This document shows, piece after piece, positions 36,571 through 47,174 of a DNA stretch of 64,000 bases (position 1 is its first letter; each line of letters starts with the position of its first letter). Origin of the DNA: Candidatus Eiseniibacteriota bacterium (lineage in GTDB: Bacteria > Eisenbacteria > RBG-16-71-46 > CAZAMP01). The notes under the pieces are model-generated. The model saw nothing but the letters and a program-made list of their open reading frames with translations, was not told the origin of the DNA and did no database searches. Location: NCBI GenBank assembly GCA_965224245.1, contig OZ245046.1, positions 2,688,001 through 2,752,000 on the forward strand, written 5' to 3'. The translations under genes and the position numbers were made by a program.

Positions 36571-37545
36571 TCAGTCGGGCGGAAGAACGACGAATCCGAT
36601 GGAGTCGACCGCGGCCGACCCGAAGAGGCCGATCCCGCCGTCCACGTGGAAGATGGGGCGCTCGACCCCGTCGCCCTGCGTCTGGCCGAACCCCGCTCCC
36701 CCGTTGAGCTCGGGCACCGAGCGGATGAGGTCGTACCAGTTGCGATCGAGTGCATTGATCCGGATCAGGTGGCGTCCCGCGTAGAAGATCGCGAACCAGG
36801 GCAGGCGGACCGATCCGCCCAGCCCCTCGAGCGCGGGCGAGCTGCCCTCGCGATCGAAGTCGTCCTCGTCGCCGAACTCGTCGAGCGGCGTGACGAGCTC
36901 GCTGTCGGGGTCGAGGCTCCGGATGCCCACCTGGAACGCCGGGACGTCCGGGCGCTCGAAGCGCGCCTCGAGGAGCCCCTCGCCGTACACGAGCTCGTTC
37001 TCGATGTAGACCTGTCCGTCCGAGAAGCTCGCCAGCTCGTCCTCCACCGTCGATCCGGTGTCGTCGAGAATCAGCCACGAGTCCACGCGAAACGGCGCCG
37101 GTGTCCGGGTCTCCGCCCGCGCGACGCGTCCGTCGGGCGCCTCGACGGTGAGCGTGTACGTGGTCTCGGCGAGGACCCGCGCGGTCCCGTTGCGGTTGCG
37201 GTACACACCCGGCGTCTCGGTGTCGAAGTACGCGATGCGCTCGCCTCCGCCCTCCACGTGCACGGTCGCCCCCACGATCGCCGACGCGTCGGCCGAGTAG
37301 GGCTCGTTCACCGCGGACGTCTCGGTGACCCGGACGATCGGGAACCGGTGGTTCACCAGGAGCACGGCATCGACCACGAGGAGCGGGTCTCCGATCGGGG
37401 CCAGCAGGTCGGCGGGGTCCCGATCGGTTGAGCACGCGGTCGGCAGCGCCAGCATCACCGCCGACACGACGAGCGTCAGGCGTGCCGGGAGGTCGCGCGA
37501 GCGGATGCATGGCGGGTGCGAGTCCCGATGTCGCTGGACGTGCAT
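36571..37545 (-). CDS. DUF4249-like lipoprotein partner of the TonB-dependent receptor
   Basis: LPTAC lipobox, LVVDAVL, YTLTV....G....A.T..P, terminal HVDGGIGLFGSAAVD; directly follows the TBDR. Confidence 0.78.
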   Translation of the reverse strand: MHVQRHRDSHPPCIRSRDLPARLTLVVSAVMLALPTACSTDRDPADLLAPIGDPLLVVDAVLLVNHRFPIVRVTETSAVNEPYSADASAIVGATVHVEGGGERIAYFDTETPGVYRNRNGTARVLAETTYTLTVEAPDGRVARAETRTPAPFRVDSWLILDDTGSTVEDELASFSDGQVYIENELVYGEGLLEARFERPDVPAFQVGIRSLDPDSELVTPLDEFGDEDDFDREGSSPALEGLGGSVRLPWFAIFYAGRHLIRINALDRNWYDLIRSVPELNGGAGFGQTQGDGVERPIFHVDGGIGLFGSAAVDSIGFVVLPPD

Positions 37546-37559
37546 GTCGTGATGCCCTC

Positions 37560-39821
37560 TCAAAACGAGACGTTGATGCCGAACGATGGAATGATGGGGA
37601 GCATCTTCGCGACCACCGGATCGACGGACGTGTCGGTGACGTCGTACTGGACGAACCACTCGTTGCGCCGGCTGTACAGGTTGAACACCTGAACGAACCA
37701 CTCCGCGTCGTACCCGAAGAAGCCGAAGTCGCGGGTCACGCTCACGTCCAGCCGGTGGTACGGCAACAGCCGCTTCGAGTTCCGATCCGCACTGAGGATC
37801 AGGCCCGATTCGACCGGCACCCCGGTGGCGGGATCGGTCAACGAGTAGCGTGCCGCGGCCGGCGTGAAGGCTTGCCCGGTGGCAGCCACGAACGCGCCCC
37901 CGAACGTCCAGCGACCGCGCTCGACGCGGGCGACGACGCTCACGTCGTGACGTCGATCGTACTTCGGAGGAAACGAGCGCCCATCGTTCAGCTCGGTGTA
38001 CCGGCGCCGCGACCATCCGAGCGAGTATCCGATCCAGCCGGTCACCGGACCCACCCGCCGCTCGGCGAACAGCTCCACGCCACGGGTGTACCCCTCCCCT
38101 CCGGTCACGAAGACGTCCGACGTGGCCGTGCTCTCGTCGTCGGCCGGGTTGCGGCTGTCGAGCTCGACGAGGTTCCGGAGATCGGTGTCGTAGGCCTCGA
38201 CGGACACCCGATACCGGCGCGACGGCCGCCACTCGAGTCCGGCCACGAGCTGACGCGACCGTCCGGGCTCGGTGAACTCGTCGATCGGAACGTAGAAATC
38301 GGCCGCGGCGAACCCCTCGGTCGCCACGAGCTGCAGGTACTGGTTGTAGACGCCGGCCGCGAGCTTGCCGGTCCATCTGGCGCCGAGCTCCTGCGTCAGC
38401 GTGGCGCGGGGCTCGATGAACGTCCGGCGGCCGTCGCTGATGTAGCGACTCCTGAGCCCCGCTCGGAGGACCGTACCCGCGCTGGCACGCCAGACGTCTT
38501 CTCCGAAGAGCACGTACGAGATCGGATCGGCCGCGAAGTCGAGCGTCTCGTCCTCGTTGAATCGCTGGCGAAGGCGGAAGTCGTACTGGGTCGCCTCCAC
38601 ACCGACCCGGAGCCGGTGCGCGTGCGAGGCCTCCCAGGACAGCTCGGCCTGGGCGGTGAGGTCGCGGAGTCCGTTCTCGAACCGGGCCCCCGTGGTCGCG
38701 ATGCTGAAAACGCTCACGCTCTCGTACTCGGTGCCCGACAGACGCGCGGTGCCCACGAGGTCGTCGGAGAAGCTGTGCGTGTACTCGCCGCTCATCGCGG
38801 TGTTGCCCCAGCGAAGATCCACGTACGTGGCCTCGTCGAAGTCGAACCGGAGATCGTCGCGCCCGGAGTAGACCGACCACACGAGCCGATCCCCACCGGC
38901 CGGCGTGAAGTTGATCTTGGCGTTGACGTCGTAGAAGTAGTAGGCGGGAACGTCGGTACCGCCGGACCGGATGGCGTCGAGGATCGGATCCAGGTACGTG
39001 CGACGGAGGCCGATGATCCACGAGCCCGATTCGTCGAGCGGCCCCTCCAGCGTCAGCCGACCGGTGACCAGGCTGACGCCGAGGTTGCCCTTGGCGCGGG
39101 TCCGACTGCCTTCCCGACCGCGCACGTCCAGTACCGCGCCGAGCCGGCCGCCGTATGCCGCCGGGTAGCCACCCTTGTAGAGCGTGACGTCGTCGACCGC
39201 GTCACCGTTGAACGTCGAGAAGAACCCGAACGCGTGTGTCGGGTTGTAGATCGGCACCCGGTCGAGGAGGATCAGCGTCTGATCGGGGCCACCGCCGCGA
39301 ACGTACAGCCCGCTGGAGATGTCCGACGCCGCCTGCACGCCTGGAAGGAGCTGAAGCGCGCGGATGGGATCGGCTTCCGCGACGCCGGGCACGCTCGACA
39401 GGAGCTGGCGGTCGACGTTCACGACCCCGGTGAGTCCCAGGTCCTCGCCGAGCCGATTCGCCTCCACCGTGACGCCATCCACCTCGATCGGCTCGGGCCG
39501 GAGTCGCACGTCGACGCGGAGGGCCGCCCGGCCGTCGGTGATCACGAACGGGCGCTCCAGGGTCTCGTAGCCCACGAACGAGACCGACAGCGTGTACCGG
39601 CCCCGGCGGAGCCCCTCGATGGCGTAGGACCCGTCGACATCCGACAGGACACCCTTGCGTGCCAGCTCGCCGTCGACCTTCACCGCCGCGTAGCCCATCG
39701 GCTCGCCGGACTCGGCGTCGAGGATGTGTCCCTCGATGGTGGCCGCGGGGACCGCGGCGGCGGCCAGTGAGACGCCGGCGGCGGCACGCATGGAGGAGGC
39801 GAGAAGGCGGCGAATCGTCAC
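37560..39821 (-). CDS. TonB-dependent receptor with N-terminal carboxypeptidase-like regulatory domain
   Basis: G.I.DAESGEP, LQLLPGVQ, LYVRGG.PDQ, KGGYPA.YGGRL, PYHRLD, FNLYSRRN, terminal F; GGAG RBS before GTG. Confidence 0.92.
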   Translation of the reverse strand: MTIRRLLASSMRAAAGVSLAAAAVPAATIEGHILDAESGEPMGYAAVKVDGELARKGVLSDVDGSYAIEGLRRGRYTLSVSFVGYETLERPFVITDGRAALRVDVRLRPEPIEVDGVTVEANRLGEDLGLTGVVNVDRQLLSSVPGVAEADPIRALQLLPGVQAASDISSGLYVRGGGPDQTLILLDRVPIYNPTHAFGFFSTFNGDAVDDVTLYKGGYPAAYGGRLGAVLDVRGREGSRTRAKGNLGVSLVTGRLTLEGPLDESGSWIIGLRRTYLDPILDAIRSGGTDVPAYYFYDVNAKINFTPAGGDRLVWSVYSGRDDLRFDFDEATYVDLRWGNTAMSGEYTHSFSDDLVGTARLSGTEYESVSVFSIATTGARFENGLRDLTAQAELSWEASHAHRLRVGVEATQYDFRLRQRFNEDETLDFAADPISYVLFGEDVWRASAGTVLRAGLRSRYISDGRRTFIEPRATLTQELGARWTGKLAAGVYNQYLQLVATEGFAAADFYVPIDEFTEPGRSRQLVAGLEWRPSRRYRVSVEAYDTDLRNLVELDSRNPADDESTATSDVFVTGGEGYTRGVELFAERRVGPVTGWIGYSLGWSRRRYTELNDGRSFPPKYDRRHDVSVVARVERGRWTFGGAFVAATGQAFTPAAARYSLTDPATGVPVESGLILSADRNSKRLLPYHRLDVSVTRDFGFFGYDAEWFVQVFNLYSRRNEWFVQYDVTDTSVDPVVAKMLPIIPSFGINVSF

Positions 39822-39909
39822 GGTCGTTCTCCGGGGTCGACGGTGGCATGCGAGGGTGTACCCCATCGGCGGCCGCGAGTTTCCTCGGACCGGGGGCGCT
39901 CCCGCCCCC

Positions 39910-41556
39910 TCACCGCTCGACCGTGCGCGGCGGGGCGACCAGGGACCGGTCCCGCTCGAAGTCGTGGAGCGTGCGGCGCCGGAGATCGCTCAGGGCGAGC
40001 TGATACGAGATGATCGCGTCCAGGTGATCGGTCTCCGCGCGTGTGAGGCGATCCCGGTCGTCGGCCAGGTCCTGGGCGGTGATGTCGCCGTTCTCGAATC
40101 GCGTGGAGCTGATCTCGAACGCCCGCTCGGCGACGGCCTGGCTCCGCGCCAGGAGCTCGATGCGCCGCTTCGATTCGTTCACGCGCGTGACCGCATCCCG
40201 CGCCTCGCGGGCGATCGTCCGGATACGATCCTCACGATCGATCAGGCGCGACTGGAGCTGAGCGTCGGCGATCGCCCGCTCGGCATCGCTGATCCCCGAG
40301 TCCCACAGCGGCACGTTGATCCGGAGCACGAGCCCCTGCTCGGCCGGCCGCCGGCGGAGATCCTCGAAGCTCGAGTCGAGGCGGTCCCAGAGCGAGGAGC
40401 CGGTGTCGAGCGCTCCATCGCTGATTCCCCGGAGCCCGTACGACAGCTGGAGCTCGGCGGAGATCCGGCCGTCGGCACCGCTCTCCTCGGCGCTCAGCTC
40501 GGCGAGGCGCACGTCGGTGTCGAGATCACGGAGCTCGGGTCGATTGGCCAGCGCGCGCGCGACGGCGTCGGTCTCCTCCACGGTGATCGGCCGCACGTCG
40601 AGCTCGACGCGCACGACGACGTCACGCTCGTTCGGAACGCCGATCGTGCTCTTGAACTCGTCGGCGACGCGGCGCTCCTCGGCCTCCCGCGTGAGGACCG
40701 TGTTCTGACTCTGCGCGTGGTCGACGTCGAGCTGGAGCGCCTCCACCTCGGGAATCAGCCCCGCCTCGAACTTCGCGCGGGCCGTGGCCAGCGACGCCTC
40801 CTTGCGCCGGGCATCGCCGCGTGCCAGCTCGAGCTCTCGCCGCGCGCGATAGAGCGCGTAGAACCGATCCGTCACGTCGTGAACCAGATCCAGCTCCGAC
40901 TGGGTGTAGCGCCGCTCGGCGCGCTCGAGCTCCAGCCGGGCGCGCTCGAGCGCCAGGCGGCGGGAGTTGGGCACCAGGAGCGGCTGCACGAGCCGGATGC
41001 CCACGCTGTTGAACGACGTGCGCGTCTTGCTCGTGGTCTCGATGATGTCGTCGAATACCGTGTCGGTGCGGTCGGATGCGGACGCGCTCAGGCTGAGGCG
41101 GCCGCCGGTGGGGAGCGGCTGTGCCAGCTCCAGCATGCTCCGCCAGTCGGTCGCGCCGTACGTCGTGTAGATCGGGAGGCCCAACGAGTCCTCGCTGCTG
41201 CCGACCGAGGAGCTGATGCTGGGCGCGTCCAGGGCCAGCGATGCGTTGAGGCGCTGACGTCCCCGGGCTGCGTCGGCGCCGCGGCGAGCCCGGAGGTATG
41301 CGAGCTCCCGCTGCCGGGCCGCCGGGCTGCGCGCGAGCGCGATCGAGATCGCGTCGGCGAGCGAGAGCTGGAGCGTGGCACCCGGCTCCACGTCGATCTC
41401 GGCCGGCTGGGCCTTCGCCGGCGGCGACATCCCGGTCACCCCGACCGCGACGCCGGCCACGATGGTCAGGCTCACCGTGATCGCCGCGCGGGTCGCTCTC
41501 GCGGCGACGGTGCCGGGGCGGCGCGGGCTCCGGAGTCCGCGAGGTCGCTCACTCAT
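39910..41556 (-). CDS. TolC family outer-membrane efflux protein
   Basis: LSLADAI..AL..SP, coiled-coil repeats, AL.NRPEL, VPLWD.G, RFENG. Confidence 0.88.
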   Translation of the reverse strand: MSERPRGLRSPRRPGTVAARATRAAITVSLTIVAGVAVGVTGMSPPAKAQPAEIDVEPGATLQLSLADAISIALARSPAARQRELAYLRARRGADAARGRQRLNASLALDAPSISSSVGSSEDSLGLPIYTTYGATDWRSMLELAQPLPTGGRLSLSASASDRTDTVFDDIIETTSKTRTSFNSVGIRLVQPLLVPNSRRLALERARLELERAERRYTQSELDLVHDVTDRFYALYRARRELELARGDARRKEASLATARAKFEAGLIPEVEALQLDVDHAQSQNTVLTREAEERRVADEFKSTIGVPNERDVVVRVELDVRPITVEETDAVARALANRPELRDLDTDVRLAELSAEESGADGRISAELQLSYGLRGISDGALDTGSSLWDRLDSSFEDLRRRPAEQGLVLRINVPLWDSGISDAERAIADAQLQSRLIDREDRIRTIAREARDAVTRVNESKRRIELLARSQAVAERAFEISSTRFENGDITAQDLADDRDRLTRAETDHLDAIISYQLALSDLRRRTLHDFERDRSLVAPPRTVER

Positions 41557-42775
41557 ATCGCAAGCACTCGATCGGGTCGAGCGTGGCCGCTCGCCGCGCC
41601 GGATAGAAGCCGAACACGATGCCGACCGTGCCGGCGACCGTGACCGCGAGGATCACCGCACGCATGGACACGACCGTACGCCAGCCGGCGTAGTGGGCGA
41701 TCGCTTCGGTGAGCCCGACGCCGAGGGCGAGGCCCAGTACGCCCCCGAGCACGCTGACCGCGACCGCCTCCACGAGGAACTGCCACATCACGTCGTGACG
41801 CGTCGCGCCCACTGCGCGGCGGATTCCGATCTCGCGCGTTCGCTCCAGGATGCTGGCCAGCATGATGTTCATGATCCCGATGCCTCCGACCAGAAGCGAG
41901 ATCCCCGCGATCGCGCCCATCACCACGTTGAAGATCCGCTGTGTGGCCTGGCGCTGGCGCAGGAGCTCCTCGGGCACGAGGATGTCGAAGTCGTCGACGT
42001 CCCGGTGGCGCCGCTCGAGCGCACGCGTGATCAGGTCGGCGGCCATCCGCACGTCGGCGTGCTCGGGCACGTTGACCACGATCCGATCGATCTCGGGGGC
42101 GTCGGCGTCGCGACCCAGGCGGTGCACGGCGTTGGACACCGGAACGTACACGTTGCGGTTGGCGTCGTTCACGTAGCCCGAGACGTCGTCGGACACCCCG
42201 CCACGTGGTGCGAGGACGCCGATCACGGTGTACCAGTTGCCCGAGATCTTGACGCTCTCTCCGACACCCCCTCCCCACGCGAAGAGGTCGCGCGCGATCG
42301 CGTTGCCCAGGACGCACACGCGACGGGTCTCGAGGATGTCGGCGTGGGCGAAGAAGCGGCCGCGCGCGATCTCGAGGTTCATCACGTCGGCGAGCTCGGG
42401 GGTGGTACCCACGATCGTCGCCGGCACGCGACGGCGTCCGGCCCGCACGTCGGCCCGCACGTCGCGCTCGGGCACCGCCACCTCGACCACGGGGCTCTCC
42501 GCGCTCAGCGACCTCGCGTCGCCCAGCGTCAGCTTGGGGGACAGCCTCGGCTCCTCGTCGGCGTCGGCGGCGGGCTCGACGTGGCGGACGAACAGGTTGC
42601 GGACCCCGAGGAGTGCGAACTGCTCGAGCGCCTCCTCCTTCGCACCTTCGCCGATGGACAGCATCGCGATCACCGACGCCACCCCGAAGATGATCCCGAG
42701 CGTGGTCAGGAGCGTGCGCAGCTTGTGGGCGCCGAGCCCGCCCGCTCCGAGTCGAGCCAGGTCCGATCGTCTCAC
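41549..42775 (-). CDS. MacB/FtsX-family ABC permease (no fused ATPase)
   Basis: HKLRTLLT.LGIIFGVASVIAM, LLVGGIGIMNIM..S..ERTREIGIRRAVGA, FYPA.RAA.LDPI..LRYE; GTGA overlap. Confidence 0.92.
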   Translation of the reverse strand: MRRSDLARLGAGGLGAHKLRTLLTTLGIIFGVASVIAMLSIGEGAKEEALEQFALLGVRNLFVRHVEPAADADEEPRLSPKLTLGDARSLSAESPVVEVAVPERDVRADVRAGRRRVPATIVGTTPELADVMNLEIARGRFFAHADILETRRVCVLGNAIARDLFAWGGGVGESVKISGNWYTVIGVLAPRGGVSDDVSGYVNDANRNVYVPVSNAVHRLGRDADAPEIDRIVVNVPEHADVRMAADLITRALERRHRDVDDFDILVPEELLRQRQATQRIFNVVMGAIAGISLLVGGIGIMNIMLASILERTREIGIRRAVGATRHDVMWQFLVEAVAVSVLGGVLGLALGVGLTEAIAHYAGWRTVVSMRAVILAVTVAGTVGIVFGFYPARRAATLDPIECLRYE

Positions 42776-44019
42776 CGCCTCGACTCCTTCGCGCCCGGCT
42801 CGGATGCGGCCCCGGACGACGATCCCGTCACGAGCGCCACGCGCTCGCCGGCGGAGAGTCCCTCCTCGACCACGACCGACGTCGTGTTCGTGGGGCCGAG
42901 CGTCACTGGTCGCTCGTGCCCGTCGTCGACGAGGACGACGGTGGTGCCGTCCCGATCGATGACCGCGTCGATGGGAACGTGGATCACGTCGTCCAGCGAG
43001 GAGGTCACGATTCGGCACCGTGCGCTCATCCCGGGGCGCAGACCCTCCACCGCCGTGCTGTCGACGAGCACGGTGACCTCGAAGGTCTTGACGTCGGTGT
43101 TCGGCTCACGCGACGCGAGCTTGGCCACGCGGGAGACCGCGCCGGTGAACGCGCGACCCGGCAGCGCGTCCACGGCGATGTCGACGTGCTGTCCCGCCTC
43201 CACGCGATCGACGTCGACTTCGCCCACCTTCGTGAGCACCTGCATCCGCGACAGATCCGGGAGCTGGATGAGGTCCATGCCGGACCAGGGCGCGTCGCCC
43301 ACCCGGATCTTCGTGGGCGACCCTCCGGGCCGCCACATGTTCTTGTAGACGACGAGACCGGCCACCGGCGCCGTCATCGTGTGCAGCTCGCGGTTGTGAC
43401 GCGACTCCTCGAGGTCGGACTCCGCCTGCTCGACGCGACGCTCGGCCCGCGTGATCTCGGCCAGCGCGATCGTGCTGTCGGCGCTGATCTGCTCGCGCGC
43501 CTCGATCAGCGACAGCTCGGATTGCTTCAGCTCCAGCTCCACCATGCGGCGGCGAACCTCGGCCTCGTAGGCCATGCGCTCCAACGCGATCTTCTTGTGC
43601 TCGTGCGCGTAGAGCTGCTTCTGGTACGACGCGACCAGCTCGGTGCGACGCGCCTCGGCATCCGCTCGCTGGCGTTCGAGCTCCATCCGCGCTTCCTGGA
43701 GCGACTGCTCGCGTTCTTCGATCTGGCGATCGATGTCGCTCGTGTCGAACTGGATCAGGAAGTCTCCCGCCTCGACCTCGGTGCCTTCGGGAACGAGCTC
43801 GACGATCTGTCCTCGCGACCCGCGAATCCGGGGACGGGTGACCATTCGTGCGTTGACGGCGTCCAGCTCGCCGATCGTCTCCACGTCGACCACGAACGTC
43901 CCGCGCTCGGTCGTCACCCAGATCCGCTCGGTCGCCGCGCCCGAGAAACCGCTGCGCATCACCAGCACCAGCGTCACCACGAGCACGAGAGCGAGAACGA
44001 GCAGCCGGCGACGCGTCAT
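42772..44019 (-). CDS. Efflux membrane-fusion (periplasmic adaptor) protein
   Basis: EG..V.AGD lipoyl-like motif, long coiled coil, APV.GLV, LRPGMSA. Confidence 0.88.
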   Translation of the reverse strand: MTRRRLLVLALVLVVTLVLVMRSGFSGAATERIWVTTERGTFVVDVETIGELDAVNARMVTRPRIRGSRGQIVELVPEGTEVEAGDFLIQFDTSDIDRQIEEREQSLQEARMELERQRADAEARRTELVASYQKQLYAHEHKKIALERMAYEAEVRRRMVELELKQSELSLIEAREQISADSTIALAEITRAERRVEQAESDLEESRHNRELHTMTAPVAGLVVYKNMWRPGGSPTKIRVGDAPWSGMDLIQLPDLSRMQVLTKVGEVDVDRVEAGQHVDIAVDALPGRAFTGAVSRVAKLASREPNTDVKTFEVTVLVDSTAVEGLRPGMSARCRIVTSSLDDVIHVPIDAVIDRDGTTVVLVDDGHERPVTLGPTNTTSVVVEEGLSAGERVALVTGSSSGAASEPGAKESRR

Positions 44020-45284
44020 CTGGTGCCTCCCGCGAGGAACCGTGCGTATCCGAGCGGCCGGAAGACGTCGTCGGACGGCGTACGGGTCACGAGCGCCGTT
44101 CGCGCGGGCAGCCCGCTCGTGATCTCGATCTCCTGATCCGTCCCGGCGCCCAGCGTCACGGCCGTGGGCTCGGGCCAGGTGTCCTCGGGGAACACGACCG
44201 GCTCACCATCGCGCTCGAACACGGCCCCTCGCGGCGCGGCCACGACGTCGACACGCTCGGACAGCACGACCTCGACGACGGCGGTCATGCCGGGCCGCAG
44301 CCGCGGATCGGTGCCGTCGATCTCGGCGGTGACCTGGAATGCGCGCACGCGCTCGTCGACCAGCGTCGGGAGCGCGAGCCCCGAGATCGCGACGATGCGG
44401 CCCTCGAACCGAGCGCTCGCATCGGCCTCCAGCCGGAGGCGCACCGGCGTGCCCGGTGCGACCTTCGGTCGATCCACCTCCGCCACGCCGAACACGACCT
44501 GCATGCGGGACAGGTCGGGAATCGACAGGAGCACCGACCCCGGGAAGACCGTGTCGCCGGGACGGGGCTCTCGAACCCCGTCCATGATCTGCATCTCCTC
44601 GTACACGACGATTCCGCTCGTGGGCGCGCGGAGCGTCAGTCCCTCGAAGTCGCGCTCCAGCCCGGAGAGCTCGCGTTCGAGCTTGGCGATGTCGAGCTCC
44701 TTGCCGCGAATCTTCAGCGCGTCGGCGACGCCGCCGGACTCCTTCTTGGATTCGGCCTCGGTCACGGCGAGCACGGCCTCGTCCACCTGGAGCCGCGCCT
44801 CTTCTCGCGCCGTCTCCGACTCGAAGCGACGGTTCTCCAGCTCGATCCTCGCCAGCTCGAGCGCCAGCTCCGCCTTCTCGACCGCATTGTCGAGGGTCTG
44901 GGCGTTCGCGGCGACGCGGGCCCGGACGCCGACCAGCTCGGCGCGCGCGTCGCTCAACGCGACGCGGGACCTGGCCAGCTCGTCGGCGAACCAGGCCGCG
45001 TCGAGACGGGCCACGACCTCGCCCGAGTCCACGCGCGTTCCCTCGGGGAGCAGCTCGACGAGCACCAGGTCGTCTCGGAAGTCGCGCGGCGCCTTGACGT
45101 CGGTGGACCGGACGGCCTCGACGTCGCCCGATTCCCGGAGCGTGACGATCAGCGTGGTCCGCCGTGACTCGGCCACCGGCAGCTCCGCGGCGTCGGAGGC
45201 GCAGCCCGCCATCGGGACGAGGCCCAGGCCGGCGGTGGCCAGGCCGGCGAGATCCCGGCGGAGTCTTTGCGGGATGGCAGCCAC
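44016..45284 (-). CDS. Efflux membrane-fusion protein (second paralog), possible lipoprotein
   Basis: MAGC lipobox-like, PEGTRVDSG, LRAPTSGIV, LRPGMTA. Confidence 0.85.
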   Translation of the reverse strand: MAAIPQRLRRDLAGLATAGLGLVPMAGCASDAAELPVAESRRTTLIVTLRESGDVEAVRSTDVKAPRDFRDDLVLVELLPEGTRVDSGEVVARLDAAWFADELARSRVALSDARAELVGVRARVAANAQTLDNAVEKAELALELARIELENRRFESETAREEARLQVDEAVLAVTEAESKKESGGVADALKIRGKELDIAKLERELSGLERDFEGLTLRAPTSGIVVYEEMQIMDGVREPRPGDTVFPGSVLLSIPDLSRMQVVFGVAEVDRPKVAPGTPVRLRLEADASARFEGRIVAISGLALPTLVDERVRAFQVTAEIDGTDPRLRPGMTAVVEVVLSERVDVVAAPRGAVFERDGEPVVFPEDTWPEPTAVTLGAGTDQEIEITSGLPARTALVTRTPSDDVFRPLGYARFLAGGTR

Positions 45285-45454
45285 GGTGCGATCGCCTCAC
45301 GATCGGTTGGGTCGACTCGCGTCACACGATCCGGCAACGAGGACGGCAGGAGTATACGCATCCCCGTCACGTGGGTAACGCGTGGAGTCCCGGCGGGTTT
45401 CGTTCCAATCGCGTCGATCGTGCCGCTCGATCGGCGATCGCGGGCGGAGACGGG

Positions 45455-46771
45455 TCAGAGAACGACGAGACGACGTGACAGCGAGCCGGCCCGAACCCAG
45501 TAGATCCCGGACGACACGCGCGACCCGGCGTCGGTCAGAAGGTCCCACACGACGCGGCGACGCTCGCGCGCCGCGGGTGGAAGGTGTCGGACGAGGCGTC
45601 CGGCCGCGTCGAAGATGCCGATCCTCTCGCCCTCGGCGAGGCCGGAGAACGCGATGCTGGCATACAGGGTGGCCGGGTTCGGGCCCACCGCGAGCATCGG
45701 GCCGGGCTCCACCGAGTCGGGCACGTCGACGGCCGCGCCGACCGGGCGCGCCAGCTGTGCGATCGTGGCCGTTCCGGCTCGCGCGATCTGGGTCCCCAGG
45801 TCCGGCGTCGTCTCCGAGAACCGGTCCCACGACCGGTGATAGGCGGCGTACTCGTCCCAGTCCAGATCGATGCAGAGGATCGCGGGCACGCCGCGATCCT
45901 GGAACGGGACGTGGTCGCTCCCGAACGAATAGTACGAGAACTGGCGCTCAAGCGTCGTGTAGGCGTCGACGGCGTCGGCCATCGCGCTCATCAGATCCGA
46001 CCAGGCCGGCTCGCCCTCGATCAGCACGCCGTAGTTGTCGTTGTAGTACGCGATCATGTCGAACGTGACCGCGGCGCGCAGATCACGTCCCGCCGCCAGC
46101 GCGTCGGCGACGTACGCGGTGCTCCCCCAGAGCCCCTGCTCCTCGCCGGAGAACAGGACGATCTCGATCGTGGACTCGAAGGCGTACTCCGCCAGCGCGG
46201 CGGCCGCGCTCAGGATGGCCGCGCTTCCGCTGCCGTTGTCCTCGGCGCCGGGCGCCAGTGTCGACGGCTGCTCGGAGATGGAATCGATGTGGCCACCGAG
46301 AACGTAGATTCGCCAGGGAGTGAGGGTTCCGGGAAGTGTCGCGACGACGTTCTCGAGCGTGTATCCGCTGCGCGTGTACTCGTGGAACGACACCGTGTAG
46401 CCCATCGCGACCAGCTGCTCGTAGGCCCAGGCCCGGGACGAGTACCCCTGGCTCGACGGTGAGTATCGCGTCTCGAGCGTCAGCGGCAGCCCGTCGACCG
46501 TGATCTCGTCCTCTCCCGAGAGCGCACGGAGCCACGTGGTGAAGCTCTCCTCGGACATCGCCTCGACGATCTCGTCCACGAGCGGGCTGAACGCGACGCG
46601 TGGGTGGACCTCGTCCAGCTCGTCGAAGACGGCCCCGGGCGGAACCTCCGTCGCGAACCGGCACCCCAGTCGTCCTCCGGCGTGATCGTCCTGGGCGGAG
46701 GCCACCGTCCAGCAGCCGATCGTGAGGGTGACGAGGACGAGCAACGGGACCGGGGCGGCGGCTCTGGACAT
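45455..46771 (-). CDS. Secreted M28 family aminopeptidase with FlgD-Ig/T9SS-like C-terminal domain
   Basis: GGHIDS, PGAEDNGSG, FSGEEQGLWGS, DMI, SDH, YH; terminal PNP...IFDAAGRLVR...WD...SGIYWVR; GGAGGT RBS. Confidence 0.9.
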   Translation of the reverse strand: MSRAAAPVPLLVLVTLTIGCWTVASAQDDHAGGRLGCRFATEVPPGAVFDELDEVHPRVAFSPLVDEIVEAMSEESFTTWLRALSGEDEITVDGLPLTLETRYSPSSQGYSSRAWAYEQLVAMGYTVSFHEYTRSGYTLENVVATLPGTLTPWRIYVLGGHIDSISEQPSTLAPGAEDNGSGSAAILSAAAALAEYAFESTIEIVLFSGEEQGLWGSTAYVADALAAGRDLRAAVTFDMIAYYNDNYGVLIEGEPAWSDLMSAMADAVDAYTTLERQFSYYSFGSDHVPFQDRGVPAILCIDLDWDEYAAYHRSWDRFSETTPDLGTQIARAGTATIAQLARPVGAAVDVPDSVEPGPMLAVGPNPATLYASIAFSGLAEGERIGIFDAAGRLVRHLPPAARERRRVVWDLLTDAGSRVSSGIYWVRAGSLSRRLVVL

Positions 46772-47029
46772 GTCGAACCTCCCGTCGCGTGCGCGGGGCC
46801 GGCCGCACGCGGGCATGAATGAAGCGGACGTCCGTGTTTCACAGCAGGTGATTGTACCTGGGATTCCGCGGTCGCGTCACCGCGCGGGCGTTCCGGCCCC
46901 GCGCGGCGTGTCGCGTCAGGGTCGGCGGTGTCCGGACCCGGACGTCCGCGGACGCGGCCCGGGCGACCACCGACGCCATCAACTCGATCTGGTTCAACGT
47001 CTTATGAGGTCCCGTGATCGAACGCCGTT

Positions 47030-47045
47030 TGGCACGTGACGTGCA
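47030..47045 (+). promoter_or_regulatory. Sigma54 (-24/-12) promoter
   Basis: TGGCACGTGACGTGCA: GG-N10-GC with TGGCACG consensus; IHF-like GTTCAACGTCTTA at 46992-47004. Confidence 0.7.
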
Positions 47046-47174
47046 GCACCCGGGTTTCGGCATCGTGGCGACGCAATTGGGTGAACGGCGCGACGCGGTT
47101 CCTCTCCGCCGCCTCTCGCCGGGGTCTCGCCTCGGGGTCCGGCACCCCGGGACGACCACATGGGGAGGCGACCG

